Shown here one piece after another: positions 19,869 through 31,508 of a stretch of 64,000 nt of DNA (positions within the stretch are counted from its first letter, which is position 1; every line of letters begins with the position of its first letter). Made by a program: the position numbers and the translations under genes. The notes beneath the pieces were generated by a model. It saw only the letters and a program-made list of their open reading frames with translations, was not told the DNA's origin and ran no database searches. Source of the stretch: an uncultured Patescibacteria group bacterium (lineage in GTDB: Bacteria > Patescibacteriota > Microgenomatia > UBA10105 > UBA927); contig CAKZSU010000005.1 in the NCBI GenBank assembly GCA_937921305.1, forward strand, positions 10,740 through 74,739, given 5' to 3'.

Positions 19869-20921
19869 ATGTTGAACGCGTTCTTCGGTTTATTCTCCCA
19901 TGATATCGCAATTGATCTCGGCACGGCAAACACCCTTGTATATGTGAAGGGAAAGGGAATTATGGTTCGCGAACCGTCTGTGGTTGCTCGTCATAAGCGA
20001 AGTAAACATATATTAGCGGTAGGAGCCGAAGCAAAGCGAATGCTCGGTAAAACACCGCAAACGATTGAAGCGATTCGCCCGCTTAAAGATGGTGTTATTT
20101 CTGACTTTGACGCGACGAGCGCAATGATCCATCACTATATTCTTATGGTGCATGAACCAAGAAAGAGATCGATTCTTCCCAAGATCCCGCGTCCGCGAGT
20201 GATCATCGGCATCCCCTCAGGCGTGACCGAAGTTGAGCGTCGCGCGGTTGAGGAAGCGGCGATGTTAGCCGGAGCAAGAGAAGCGCACCTCATTGAGGAA
20301 CCTATGGCGGCAGCAATTGGCACGGGACTTCCCGTAGAAGAAAGCTCTGGGAATTTTATCTGCGATATTGGCGGAGGAACAACAGAGATTGCGATTGTTT
20401 CCCTTGGAGGGGTAGTTGTGAATAAAAGTCTTCGCGTGGCTGGTGATGAGATGGACGAGGCAATTATCTCATTTCTCCGTTTGAAGCATTCGTTGCTTAT
20501 TGGAGAGAAAACAGCGGAAGAAGTGAAAATCGCTATCGGTTCAGCCTTTCCTACGGAAAAAACAGAGCGACAAACAGTGGTTCGAGGACGAAGCGTTGAG
20601 TCTGGGTTGCCTAGATCGCTTCGATTATCGGAGAGCGAAGTTCGCGAAGCGATCGCGCCGGTTATTCAGGAGATAGTTGACGCATTGGCCGACACCATAG
20701 AGGAAGCTCCGCCGGAGCTCATGGGTGATATTATTGAATATGGCATCGTATTGGCTGGTGGGGGAGCGCTCATCCGAGGCATTGATCAGCTTATCGCGAC
20801 AGAATTGAAGATGCCGGTATGGGTTGCCGATGATCCGCTTACAGCGGTTGTTCGAGGAGCGGGAAAACTGCTTGATGATCCAGCGTTGTTAAAGAAAGTG
20901 AAAGTAAGCGGAAGAAGATGA
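19869..20921 (+). CDS. mreB: Rod shape-determining protein MreB
   Basis: IDLGTANT, EPSVVA, EEPMAAAIG, DIGGGTT. Confidence 0.98.
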   Translation: MLNAFFGLFSHDIAIDLGTANTLVYVKGKGIMVREPSVVARHKRSKHILAVGAEAKRMLGKTPQTIEAIRPLKDGVISDFDATSAMIHHYILMVHEPRKRSILPKIPRPRVIIGIPSGVTEVERRAVEEAAMLAGAREAHLIEEPMAAAIGTGLPVEESSGNFICDIGGGTTEIAIVSLGGVVVNKSLRVAGDEMDEAIISFLRLKHSLLIGEKTAEEVKIAIGSAFPTEKTERQTVVRGRSVESGLPRSLRLSESEVREAIAPVIQEIVDALADTIEEAPPELMGDIIEYGIVLAGGGALIRGIDQLIATELKMPVWVADDPLTAVVRGAGKLLDDPALLKKVKVSGRR

Positions 20922-21532
20922 ACATGCTATGCTATATCATGATCATTCGGAAAACGCAGACGAGATGGGCAACCATTCTTTCTCGCGTGTTTGACCCGCC
21001 GGTATTGTTTCTTGTCGTAACAAGCATTGGGATAGGGAAAAGCGGAATATTGAATAATCCGTTGGTGTTTGTTTTGTTGTTTCTTTTTATTGTGTTTGGC
21101 TTGCCGTTTATTTTTTTTCTCTTCCTTTTTAGGAAACACTATATTCAGACGATTGATGTGCCAAACAGAAAAGAGCGAATTTTCCCAATTCTTGGTTTGT
21201 TGCTTTTTTTTGTGTTTGATATTGTGATTGTTTCGATATTTAACAATGTTTTTCTTTTTCAATTGTTTTCGACATACGCGCTGTGGCTAATTGGATTTCT
21301 TAGCATCACGATGGTTTGGAAAATTTCCGGACATACGAGCGTCGCGGTATTTTCACTTGGACTCCTCACGCGATGGTTTGGATCTGTTATCTTTATTGGA
21401 TGGGTTTTTGTTCCATTGATTGCGTGGGCGAGAGTTATTCGTCGGGATCATACGATTCCGCAGGTTGTGTCAGGTATCGTGTATTCCCTTTTTATTCTTG
21501 CAATCTCGTCGGTTTGGTTGTATGAACGATGA
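20918..21532 (+). CDS. PAP2-superfamily membrane protein
   Basis: KISGH and WARV..RDHT..QV motifs; about six TM helices. Confidence 0.75.
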   Translation: MNMLCYIMIIRKTQTRWATILSRVFDPPVLFLVVTSIGIGKSGILNNPLVFVLLFLFIVFGLPFIFFLFLFRKHYIQTIDVPNRKERIFPILGLLLFFVFDIVIVSIFNNVFLFQLFSTYALWLIGFLSITMVWKISGHTSVAVFSLGLLTRWFGSVIFIGWVFVPLIAWARVIRRDHTIPQVVSGIVYSLFILAISSVWLYER

Positions 21533-21535
21533 TGT

Positions 21536-23380
21536 ATGGCGATAAAATTTGGAGGAGCTTTTTTTGACACGCTTGAGTCTTCGTCAAAGCACGCTATCCA
21601 TCGTCCTCAACGATCGCGACCATTTCGAGGAAGCGGGAGAGCGTTTTTTTTTGCATTATTGTTGTTTCTTTCCTTATTTTTGTTGCTTGGCAGATTGTTT
21701 CAGTTAACGATTGTGGAAGGGTATCGACATCGCGCGCTTGCCGATGGCAATAGAACGCGGCAATTGATCCGTCATGCTCCAAGAGGAATTTTGAAAGATC
21801 GAACAGGAGTGCCACTGGTTCAGAATATTCCTCAATTTCGTCTTCTTGCTCCTTGCAAGGAGAGCGAACAACTTTGCGTGTCTCGCGTGAGCGAGGAAGA
21901 AGGAAAGAAGATGGAGACTGAAGGATTGCCGGCGAAACATTTTCTTGAGGTGGAATATCGACGGCAGTATCTCTATCCAGAGTCGACCGCTCATGTGGTT
22001 GGGTATGTGGGAGAGATTCATGAAAAAGAGTTGTCGGACGAGTATTACGCCCTTCGGAAATATACTCGGGGAGATATGATCGGTCGGACTGGAAGCGAGG
22101 CGGTATTTGAGGATCAATTGCGTGGTAGAAACGGCAGAGAGCTTATAGAAGTTGATGCGCATGGGAAACTGCTTCGCGTGCTTGGCCGGGATCCAGAGAT
22201 ACCAGGAGACGATATAACGCTTTCGATCGACGCGGCGTTGTCTGACGTTGTCATGCGGGCGTTTCCAAAAGACAAAGATGGCGCGGTGATTGTGAGCATT
22301 CCGCAGACTGGCGAAATTCTTGCGATGTATTCGAGTCCGACGTTTTCTTTGAACGATTTTTCTTTAGGAATGAGTGAATCGCGATATAAAGAGATTGTTG
22401 AGAATCCGCGTCGGCCGTTGTTTAATCGGGCGATTGGCGGGTCGTATCCTCCCGCGTCTACGTATAAAATAGTGAGTGCGATTGCTGGGTTAGAGACGGG
22501 CGCGGTGAAAAAAGATACAAAATTTGAGGATGTCGGGGTTATCAAGATTGATAGATTTAGTTTTCCGAATTGGTATTTTCTGAAACATGGGAAAACCGAC
22601 GGCATGGTAGATGTGGTAAAGGCGATTGCTCGGAGCAACGACATTTATTTTTATAAATTAGGCGAGGCGATGGGGATTACGCGACTTCGCGAATGGTCGG
22701 CGAAGTTTGGCATTGGCAGTCTTCTTGGTATCGAGCTTCCGGGAGAGGCTGCGGGGGCGTTGCCTGGTCCCGAGTGGAAGCGGAAACGCTTTATAAGCGC
22801 GGCGGATATCGAAGCAAGACAGAATGAATGGTATCTTGGGGATACCTATCATATGGCGATTGGTCAAGGGTACTTGCTTACGAATCCGTTGCATGTTGTC
22901 GTCTGGACAAACGCGGTTGCGAATCATGGTCGTCTCTGTAAACCAACAATACGAAAGTGGCAAAACGGATCGCCAGATCGAGATACTCGATGTGTTGATC
23001 TTCGCATTCGAGAAGAAACGCTTGATGTTGTGACCGAAGGGATGAGACAAGCGTGTTCGGAAGGGGGAACCGCGTATCCCCTGTACAATTTTTCTATCAC
23101 CTCTCCGGAAGCCACGCCGTCAGGCGTAAAACAACTTATTCCGTTGGCGTGTAAAACAGGGACAGCGGAATTTGGACATCCACAAAACAAAACGCACGCG
23201 TGGATCACGGTGTTCGCGCCGATTCCAGAGCGAGCCGTTCCTACATTTCAACGATCAGAACGATTGATCGTTGGGGAGCCGGAGATTAGCATTACTGTTC
23301 TTGTGGAGGAAGGAGGGGAGGGAAGCGAAGCTGCCGCGCCAATCGCAAAAAAGATTCTTGAGTATTGGTTTTCTCGATGA
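21536..23380 (+). CDS. mrdA: Penicillin-binding protein 2
   Basis: APRG, STYK, SND and KTG motifs. Confidence 0.93.
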   Translation: MAIKFGGAFFDTLESSSKHAIHRPQRSRPFRGSGRAFFFALLLFLSLFLLLGRLFQLTIVEGYRHRALADGNRTRQLIRHAPRGILKDRTGVPLVQNIPQFRLLAPCKESEQLCVSRVSEEEGKKMETEGLPAKHFLEVEYRRQYLYPESTAHVVGYVGEIHEKELSDEYYALRKYTRGDMIGRTGSEAVFEDQLRGRNGRELIEVDAHGKLLRVLGRDPEIPGDDITLSIDAALSDVVMRAFPKDKDGAVIVSIPQTGEILAMYSSPTFSLNDFSLGMSESRYKEIVENPRRPLFNRAIGGSYPPASTYKIVSAIAGLETGAVKKDTKFEDVGVIKIDRFSFPNWYFLKHGKTDGMVDVVKAIARSNDIYFYKLGEAMGITRLREWSAKFGIGSLLGIELPGEAAGALPGPEWKRKRFISAADIEARQNEWYLGDTYHMAIGQGYLLTNPLHVVVWTNAVANHGRLCKPTIRKWQNGSPDRDTRCVDLRIREETLDVVTEGMRQACSEGGTAYPLYNFSITSPEATPSGVKQLIPLACKTGTAEFGHPQNKTHAWITVFAPIPERAVPTFQRSERLIVGEPEISITVLVEEGGEGSEAAAPIAKKILEYWFSR

Positions 23381-23427
23381 TGAATGTTGTATTGCGATCG
23401 AGCTCTCAGCAGTGATTCAATGAGTAT

Positions 23428-24321
23428 GTGTTATCGAAGGAACATGATTTACTTCCATATTTATTAGGATTCAGCGCGTCATTGCTTATTGGTCCTGTTC
23501 GATTTCAACGCCTTTACACGTTCTTTGGCTCTGTAAAAGATGCATGGTACGCCAAACGGTCGGATTTGCGATCTATTGGATTTTCAGACGATCTTATTGA
23601 TCGATTTCTTCGATTTCGAGACAGATTTTCGTTCGATGCGTATGAGCGGCGTTTACATCAAAAACACATTCGCGTTGTCACAGTGTTCGACGCAACATAT
23701 CCGATTCTTCTTCGTCAGATCCCCGATCCGCCGTTTCTTTTATATTATCGAGGAAATGGCGATATATCGTTGACGTCTCATCCGTTACCTATTGGCGCGG
23801 TCGGAACCCGTCGGGCGACACACTATGGAAAAACCGTAACACGGCGAATCATTCAGGGATTAGTTGCTCACGGATGCGTTATCGTTTCTGGCATGGCAAA
23901 AGGGATTGATGCTGTTGCTCACGTATCGTGTCTTGATCGCGGTGGACAAACGATTGCTGTGTTGGGAAGCGGGGTTGATGTCGTGTATCCTCCAGAGCAT
24001 GTGGCGTTGTATTTTCGCATAATCGCATCGGGTGGATTGATTCTCTCTGAAATGCCGATCTCTTGCAAACCGCAAGCCTATATGTTTCGATTAAGAAATA
24101 GAATTATTAGCGGGATGTCTCGGGGCGTTCTTGTTGTTGAGGGGGGAAAGCGTAGCGGAGCCTTGATTACGGCAAAATATGCCGCGGAACAAGGGAGAGA
24201 TGTGTTTGTTGTCTCCGGTCAGGGTAAGAGTCTCATGAGTGTTGGGCCTGAAATTTTGTTGCAACAGGGCGCAATTGTTGCCACATCTGCCGATGATATA
24301 ATACGAGAATTGCTCGTATGA
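23428..24321 (+). CDS. dprA: DNA-processing protein DprA
   Basis: VGTR, VSGMAKGID, RNRIISG, SGALITA. Confidence 0.96.
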   Translation: MLSKEHDLLPYLLGFSASLLIGPVRFQRLYTFFGSVKDAWYAKRSDLRSIGFSDDLIDRFLRFRDRFSFDAYERRLHQKHIRVVTVFDATYPILLRQIPDPPFLLYYRGNGDISLTSHPLPIGAVGTRRATHYGKTVTRRIIQGLVAHGCVIVSGMAKGIDAVAHVSCLDRGGQTIAVLGSGVDVVYPPEHVALYFRIIASGGLILSEMPISCKPQAYMFRLRNRIISGMSRGVLVVEGGKRSGALITAKYAAEQGRDVFVVSGQGKSLMSVGPEILLQQGAIVATSADDIIRELLV

Positions 24322-26345
24322 AGTTAATTATTGTTGAATCACCAACAAAAGCGAAGACCCTTACAAGGTTTTTAGATGACGTGTACAGAATAGAAGCAAG
24401 CGTTGGGCATGTTCGCGATCTTCCAAAAAGCGAGCTTGGCGTTGATATCGAGCATGACTTCGCGCCAAAGTATATTATTCCACGGAATAAGAAAACGCGA
24501 GTAAAAGAGTTGAAAAATCTTGCAAAACAAGCCGATGAAGTGATTCTTGCCACAGATCCCGATAGAGAAGGTGAAGCAATCGCGTGGCACATCGGAACAT
24601 TGTTAACAGTCGATAGCCAACAGTCGACAGCCAATAATGACGATTTAGTAAATCATCGATATAAACGGATTGTTTTTCATGAAATTACGAAGTCTGCGAT
24701 TCTTGAAGCGCTGCAATATCCTCGAAGTATCGACATGCGTCTTGTGGACGCCCAACAGGCGAGAAGAATTTTAGATCGCTTGGTTGGATACACGCTATCT
24801 CCGTTGTTATGGAAAAAACTTTCTCGTCGGTGGCTTTCCGCTGGTCGCGTGCAATCTGTCGCCACTCGTCTCATCGTTGAGCGAGAGAGAGCGCGAGCGC
24901 GATTCGTGAAAGAATCCTATTGGACGATTTCTGCCGAGTTTTCAACAAGCGATGGTCATCGATTTATTGCAGATCTTGTGGCTTACAATGGAGTGCCATA
25001 CGAACAAAGTGTGACGATTCCGTTATTTGACGGATTGTATACGGTGACTAAAACGACGATCCCTGATGAAGCATCAGCGAAGCGTATTATTGATGATATC
25101 CAAGCGCCGTTCACGCTTCTCTCTGTTGACACAAAAGATGTTCGTCGTTCTCCTCCGCCTCCGTATACAACGAGCTCGCTTCAGCAAGACGCGGGAAGAC
25201 GACTAGGATTGTCTTCAAAGAAAATCATGCAACTTGCTCAGCGATTGTATGAAGAAGGATATATTACCTATCATAGAACAGATAGTGTAAATTTATCAAA
25301 TCAATTTCTCCGCGACGCGCGATCGTATATTCAGAAGACGCATGGAGATCAGTTTATTTCTCCAGAGCCTCGACGATATGCGACAAAATCAAAAGTGGCG
25401 CAAGAGGCCCACGAAGCGATTCGCCCAACAAACATATCGCTTCGAAGCAAAGATTTGGAAGGTAAAGAAGGAATTCAGCAAGACCATATTCGACTATACG
25501 ATCTTATCTGGAAACGAGCAGTGGCAACGCAAGCGAGCGACGCGTTGTTTCGTTCAACAACAATCCGCATGCAATCGGTGAATACGTATGTATTTCAAGC
25601 AAAAGGATCGATCATTCAGTTTGAAGGATATCTCAAGATTCTTGGAAGAGATGTAGCAGACGTTTTGCTTCCGCAACTTTCTCAGGGAGATTCTGTGCAA
25701 CTTGTCGCCGCGACGCCGACAGAACACGCTACGAATCCTCCACCTCGATACACGGAGGCAAGTTTAGTCAAAGCGCTTGAAGAAAAAGATATTGGCAGAC
25801 CAAGCACATACGCATCAATTATTTCTACAATTCTTGAGCGGCAATATGTTCAAAAAGAGGAGAAAGCGTTGGTCCCAACAGATCTTGGCAACGCTGTGAC
25901 GGATTTTCTTGTGCAGTACTTCCCTGATATCATGAGTCTTCCGTTCACCGCGATCATGGAAGAGTTACTGGATCAAATCGCGAGGGGTGAGCGTCCATGG
26001 CCTCCGGTTGTTCGAGAGTTTTATCTCCCGTTTTCAAAAGATTTAGATCACGCGCAAACTGTCGCGGAAAAAGTGAAGCTTTCTGAAGAAAAAATTGGCG
26101 AACAATGTCCCGAATGTGGAGGAGACCTTGTTGTGAAGCTTGGACGATATGGAAAATTTATCGCGTGCAGCAATTTTCCGTCGTGTTCGTACAGACGGCA
26201 ATATAGAGAAACGATTGATCGTGTCTGTCCAAAGTGTGGCGGGGCGATTGTTGTGAAGCGGACAAAAACAAAACGGATGTTCTTCGGTTGTGTTAACTAT
26301 CCTTCCTGCGACTTTGCCGCGTGGAAAAAAGATCAGATTCCGTAA
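24318..26345 (+). CDS. topA: DNA topoisomerase I
   Basis: IVESPTKAK, DPDREGE, SAGRVQS, ITYHRTDS, C-terminal Zn ribbons. Confidence 0.98.
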   Translation: MKLIIVESPTKAKTLTRFLDDVYRIEASVGHVRDLPKSELGVDIEHDFAPKYIIPRNKKTRVKELKNLAKQADEVILATDPDREGEAIAWHIGTLLTVDSQQSTANNDDLVNHRYKRIVFHEITKSAILEALQYPRSIDMRLVDAQQARRILDRLVGYTLSPLLWKKLSRRWLSAGRVQSVATRLIVERERARARFVKESYWTISAEFSTSDGHRFIADLVAYNGVPYEQSVTIPLFDGLYTVTKTTIPDEASAKRIIDDIQAPFTLLSVDTKDVRRSPPPPYTTSSLQQDAGRRLGLSSKKIMQLAQRLYEEGYITYHRTDSVNLSNQFLRDARSYIQKTHGDQFISPEPRRYATKSKVAQEAHEAIRPTNISLRSKDLEGKEGIQQDHIRLYDLIWKRAVATQASDALFRSTTIRMQSVNTYVFQAKGSIIQFEGYLKILGRDVADVLLPQLSQGDSVQLVAATPTEHATNPPPRYTEASLVKALEEKDIGRPSTYASIISTILERQYVQKEEKALVPTDLGNAVTDFLVQYFPDIMSLPFTAIMEELLDQIARGERPWPPVVREFYLPFSKDLDHAQTVAEKVKLSEEKIGEQCPECGGDLVVKLGRYGKFIACSNFPSCSYRRQYRETIDRVCPKCGGAIVVKRTKTKRMFFGCVNYPSCDFAAWKKDQIP

Positions 26346-26407
26346 GATGCGATACGATCCCCTTTGTTTTTGAATGTATCGGTAGTAGCATGAAAGATGC
26401 TGCCCAT

Positions 26408-26689
26408 ATGATTTTGTCGTTCTTTTCACATCAGCGAAGACGAGTGAAACGATTCAATCGCCGTCGATTCCGTTCCTCAAACACCTATCGATTTTCTTCA
26501 ACACTCTCATTGCCATCATCATATACTAATGCTCGCCGCGTTGATTCGCTGATCGCTTCTTCGTCTTTCATTCGTTTTGTGTTGTGTATTCTTATTTTTC
26601 TCAGTATTGCATATGCTATATGGATAGTGTTCCCCCGACCGATCGTTAGTCCGTTGCCGAAGCAACCGCCGATTCGCGTTGTGTTTTGA
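26408..26689 (+). CDS. Small basic single-TM hypothetical protein
   Basis: Arg-rich N-terminus then TM helix; fills the topA-trmH gap. Confidence 0.4.
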   Translation: MILSFFSHQRRRVKRFNRRRFRSSNTYRFSSTLSLPSSYTNARRVDSLIASSSFIRFVLCILIFLSIAYAIWIVFPRPIVSPLPKQPPIRVVF

Positions 26690-26701
26690 TATAATAAGAA
26701 G

Positions 26702-27232
26702 ATGAAGTTGAACGCCAAACAGCTTCGGATAACGCCGGTTGACCCTTCCTTTGTCGCAACGCTTCCTCGGAATCCCCTCTTCATTATTCTTGATAGCGTT
26801 CTTGATACCTACAATGTGGGATCGATCTTTCGTCTCGCAGATGCTGTTGCTGCACAAAAAGTGTATCTCTGTGGAGAAACATTGACGCCGCCAAACTCTC
26901 GTATTAAGAAAGCGTCTATCAACACATGGCAGTGGGTGCCGTGGGAGTATAAAGAGCGGGCGGTAGACGCGATTGCCGATCTTCGTCGGATGGATGCTTC
27001 GATTGCGATTGTTGCCGTTGAACAAGATGAACGAAGTGTTCCATTTCAGCACATTTCTTATAAATTTCCTGTGGCAATCATTGTGGGTAATGAAACACAT
27101 GGCGTGTCAAAAGAAGCGTTGGATACCGCTGATACGATTGTGGAACTTCCGATGTGGGGGGTGAATCGATCTTTGAATGTTATGGTGAGTTGTGGTATTG
27201 TGCTCTATGAGATTATGCGATATCTTCCATGA
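26702..27232 (+). CDS. TrmH/SpoU family RNA methyltransferase
   Basis: NVGSIFR, GNETHGVS, SLNV. Confidence 0.93.
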   Translation: MKLNAKQLRITPVDPSFVATLPRNPLFIILDSVLDTYNVGSIFRLADAVAAQKVYLCGETLTPPNSRIKKASINTWQWVPWEYKERAVDAIADLRRMDASIAIVAVEQDERSVPFQHISYKFPVAIIVGNETHGVSKEALDTADTIVELPMWGVNRSLNVMVSCGIVLYEIMRYLP

Positions 27233-27903
27233 AGACGAGAATCATATTTTTCTTCTTGTTTATTGCATGCTTGTTTTTGTTTTATCTTCTTTCTTTGTTT
27301 GTCAAGCAAGAAAGATTGACGCGGGTCAATTTTGACACGACAGTTCGTTTGCAAGACAACATTCCCAGAAGATTTGATGGATTATTTGAGGATATGGCAT
27401 TTCTTGTGAGTCCGGGAATGTCTATTATCATTGGTATTGCGTTGACTGGTTTAGCGTTTTTCGATATTCGAACCAAGCGAATTCATGTTGCTGCGTTGAT
27501 TATTCCGTTGGCGTTTGTGGGACTTCTTGCCGCCGAGGTTTTTGGAAAGAGCAGAGTAGAAAGTCCAGCGCCACCATTTTTTATGATTAAAAATCCTACC
27601 ACGGTATTTCCTCGTTATCATGTGCAGGAGCAGTATTCGTATCCTTCTGGCCATGCGGCAAGAAGCATGTTTTTTGTCGGGATTGCGTCTCTCATCGTGT
27701 TCCGTTCCATTCGTCGAAGATCGATTGCGTTTGTTTTCTTGATTTGTTTTTTGTGTCTTTCGTTGTTTATTAGCGTGGGAAAAGTGTATCTTGGTCGTCA
27801 TTGGTTGTCTGATATCTTGGGCGGGTGGATCCTCGCGTGGGCGTTTCTTTCACTTTGCGCGGTAGCGTTGTCTAAAAAAATTACGGATGTTTTACAGCGA
27901 TGA
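27229..27903 (+). CDS. Phosphatase PAP2 family protein
   Basis: SYPSGHA and VYLGRHWLSDILGG. Confidence 0.9.
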   Translation: MKTRIIFFFLFIACLFLFYLLSLFVKQERLTRVNFDTTVRLQDNIPRRFDGLFEDMAFLVSPGMSIIIGIALTGLAFFDIRTKRIHVAALIIPLAFVGLLAAEVFGKSRVESPAPPFFMIKNPTTVFPRYHVQEQYSYPSGHAARSMFFVGIASLIVFRSIRRRSIAFVFLICFLCLSLFISVGKVYLGRHWLSDILGGWILAWAFLSLCAVALSKKITDVLQR

Positions 27904-27926
27904 ATTGAATTTAATGTCCGAACGTA

Positions 27927-28017
27927 TATCATGCTGAATTCATACTTTTATCATGCTGAACTTATCTCGAAAGTCTTACCTACGTTTAGGATGATAAACG
28001 GTACGTTCAGGACGACA
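27927..28017. repeat. Degenerate copies of the palindromic element
   Basis: TATCATGCTGAA twice; TACGTTTAGGATGATA and TACGTTCAGGACGACA. Confidence 0.5.
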
Positions 28018-28092
28018 TAAAGACATAAAAGAGGATCGTTTAGGCGTTTTGTGTGACAGAGTTCTAGGGTTAATACATGACGTTATTGGGTA

Positions 28093-28121
28093 TTGACCAA
28101 GAACATAAACATCGTTATAAT
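28093..28121 (+). promoter_or_regulatory. rRNA promoter
   Basis: TTGACC-N17-TATAAT about 135 nt upstream of 16S. Confidence 0.8.
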
Positions 28122-28255
28122 TGCATACTGCAATGAGATTTTTTAATATCCACTGCGAAGAGCTTAAAAAAGTTCCGGCCAGTGGGCCGGTTTTTTAATA
28201 CTTCTTTTATATCATTGCTACGATAGCACTTTGACAATCAAATGGTGATAGGAAT

Positions 28256-29894
<1,639 letters not shown>

Positions 29895-30111
29895 CTAAAT
29901 AAAAAACTCGAGCCTTGGGAGAAAACGCATACGCCATCCTAGATGGTCGTAGATGGTTTTCAACGAAGGGACGAGGATACGCGCGGATTGTTTCAAGAGC
30001 CGCGCAACAAGTCGTCTAATAACTGCTCATCAATGTGTACAAATGAGCACTGGCGACACTCTTGAGAAACGTTATTCCTGTCACCATTTGGTTGTTGAAG
30101 TCTATAGAAGT

Positions 30112-30492
30112 TTATAAAAGACGTTTCGCTTTCTTACAATCTTCTTGAATCTGTTCTTTCATCGATTCAAAAGAAGGAAACGACTGTGTCTTTCGTATAA
30201 AAGCACGCACCTCTACAGTGACTTCTTTGCCATAGATCATCTTGTTGAAGTCAAATATATGCACTTCAAATAATGGATGTGTTTCTCCAACTATAAGACG
30301 AGGACCGTAATGGAGGATACTTTTATGTGATATTCCTTCAAGTATGGTGACTGCCGAATAAACGCCATATTCAAGTGGAGGCTGATATGGCAATGAGATG
30401 TTTGCTGTCGGAAAGCCTATCTTTCGTCCATCTCCAGACCCTTGTTCTACGATGCCTTTAACAATAATCGGTTGAAGAGTTGGTCCGATCAT
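30112..30492 (-). CDS. Stand-alone riboflavin kinase domain
   Basis: GRKIGFPTAN, GVY, EVHIFDF, FIR...F...QIQED. Confidence 0.9.
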   Translation of the reverse strand: MIGPTLQPIIVKGIVEQGSGDGRKIGFPTANISLPYQPPLEYGVYSAVTILEGISHKSILHYGPRLIVGETHPLFEVHIFDFNKMIYGKEVTVEVRAFIRKTQSFPSFESMKEQIQEDCKKAKRLL

Positions 30493-30548
30493 GGAAGATA
30501 TGATAAGCAAATATACATAATAAAAGAAGACGGAAAGATAGTGTTGAT

Positions 30549-30974
30549 TTATCTTTTTTCCTGCGATGGTTTTTGAACAACCCCATGGTGGAGAAACTGC
30601 CGTACGGTCTCTGTGAGATCCTGTTTTGTATATCGGCTAATGAGTTCAATTTGTCGTATGATTGTTTTTTGAATGCGTTCTGTTGATAAATGTCTATAAA
30701 ATCCTGATGAAACAGAATCTGTTCCAGCTCGTTGTTCTAACTGTGAGATAGCTGAATAAACAAGGAGTAATTTTTCATCATGTGTTAATCCAGGAACTTG
30801 ATCTTCTATTGCTCGAGAGAGCATATCAAATTCAGATTCTTTTCCTTCTTTTATTTGTAACAATCGCTGTAAACGGTCATATTTTGCTTCTTGATTTTTC
30901 ATAATTCGACGAAGTCTCTCTTGTTCTCTTCGTTGATATTCTCTGTAAGTTTTTTCTAATGTTTCTTTTGTCAT
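30549..30974 (-). CDS. Hypothetical helical protein
   Basis: Open frame, charged helical composition, no recognisable motif. Confidence 0.55.
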   Translation of the reverse strand: MTKETLEKTYREYQRREQERLRRIMKNQEAKYDRLQRLLQIKEGKESEFDMLSRAIEDQVPGLTHDEKLLLVYSAISQLEQRAGTDSVSSGFYRHLSTERIQKTIIRQIELISRYTKQDLTETVRQFLHHGVVQKPSQEKR

Positions 30975-31045
30975 GATAAAACAACATTTTAATACGATTT
31001 TTGAATTCTTCAAGAGTGATGATATAATTTTTTCAAAAGATGTAT

Positions 31046-31117
31046 GGCGCGTTGGCGAAGTGGAAACGCTGGGGTCTGCAAAACCTCGATGCGCCGGTTC
31101 GATTCCGGCACGCGCCT
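31046..31117 (+). tRNA. tRNA-Cys(GCA)
   Basis: GGCGCGT/ACGCGCC acceptor stem; GGGGT-CTGCAAA-ACCTC; U discriminator. Confidence 0.95.
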
Positions 31118-31436
31118 CAGATCAAAATCGTACATCAATTACTTCTTCCGTTTTTTTCCTAAAAGCTAAAGTTTTATAGCGGCATGTATTCTTTTTGAAG
31201 TTTTATGTGATCTCCAATCCGCAAGTTGGCGGACGATTTCGGTGAAAAAATTAAGAAGGGAGATTTTTCTATAAATTTTTAAGAAGGTAAAAGGGGAAAT
31301 GATAAATTTTTTATCTTATAAAACTTTTATAATTCATACTTAGTGAAGTATATTCGAATATTTTTCATCTTCAGCTATGTAACAGTATTAATAGTACTGG
31401 TATAATTATCTCTATCAAGGTAAAATAATAAACATC

Positions 31437-31508
31437 GGGTGACTAGTTCATTGGTAGAACGCTTTCCTGATAAGAAAGAGGCAGATGGTTCGATTCCATC
31501 GTCACCCA
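31437..31508 (+). tRNA. tRNA-Ile(GAT)
   Basis: GGGTGAC/GTCACCC acceptor stem; CTTTC-CTGATAA-GAAAG. Confidence 0.95.
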
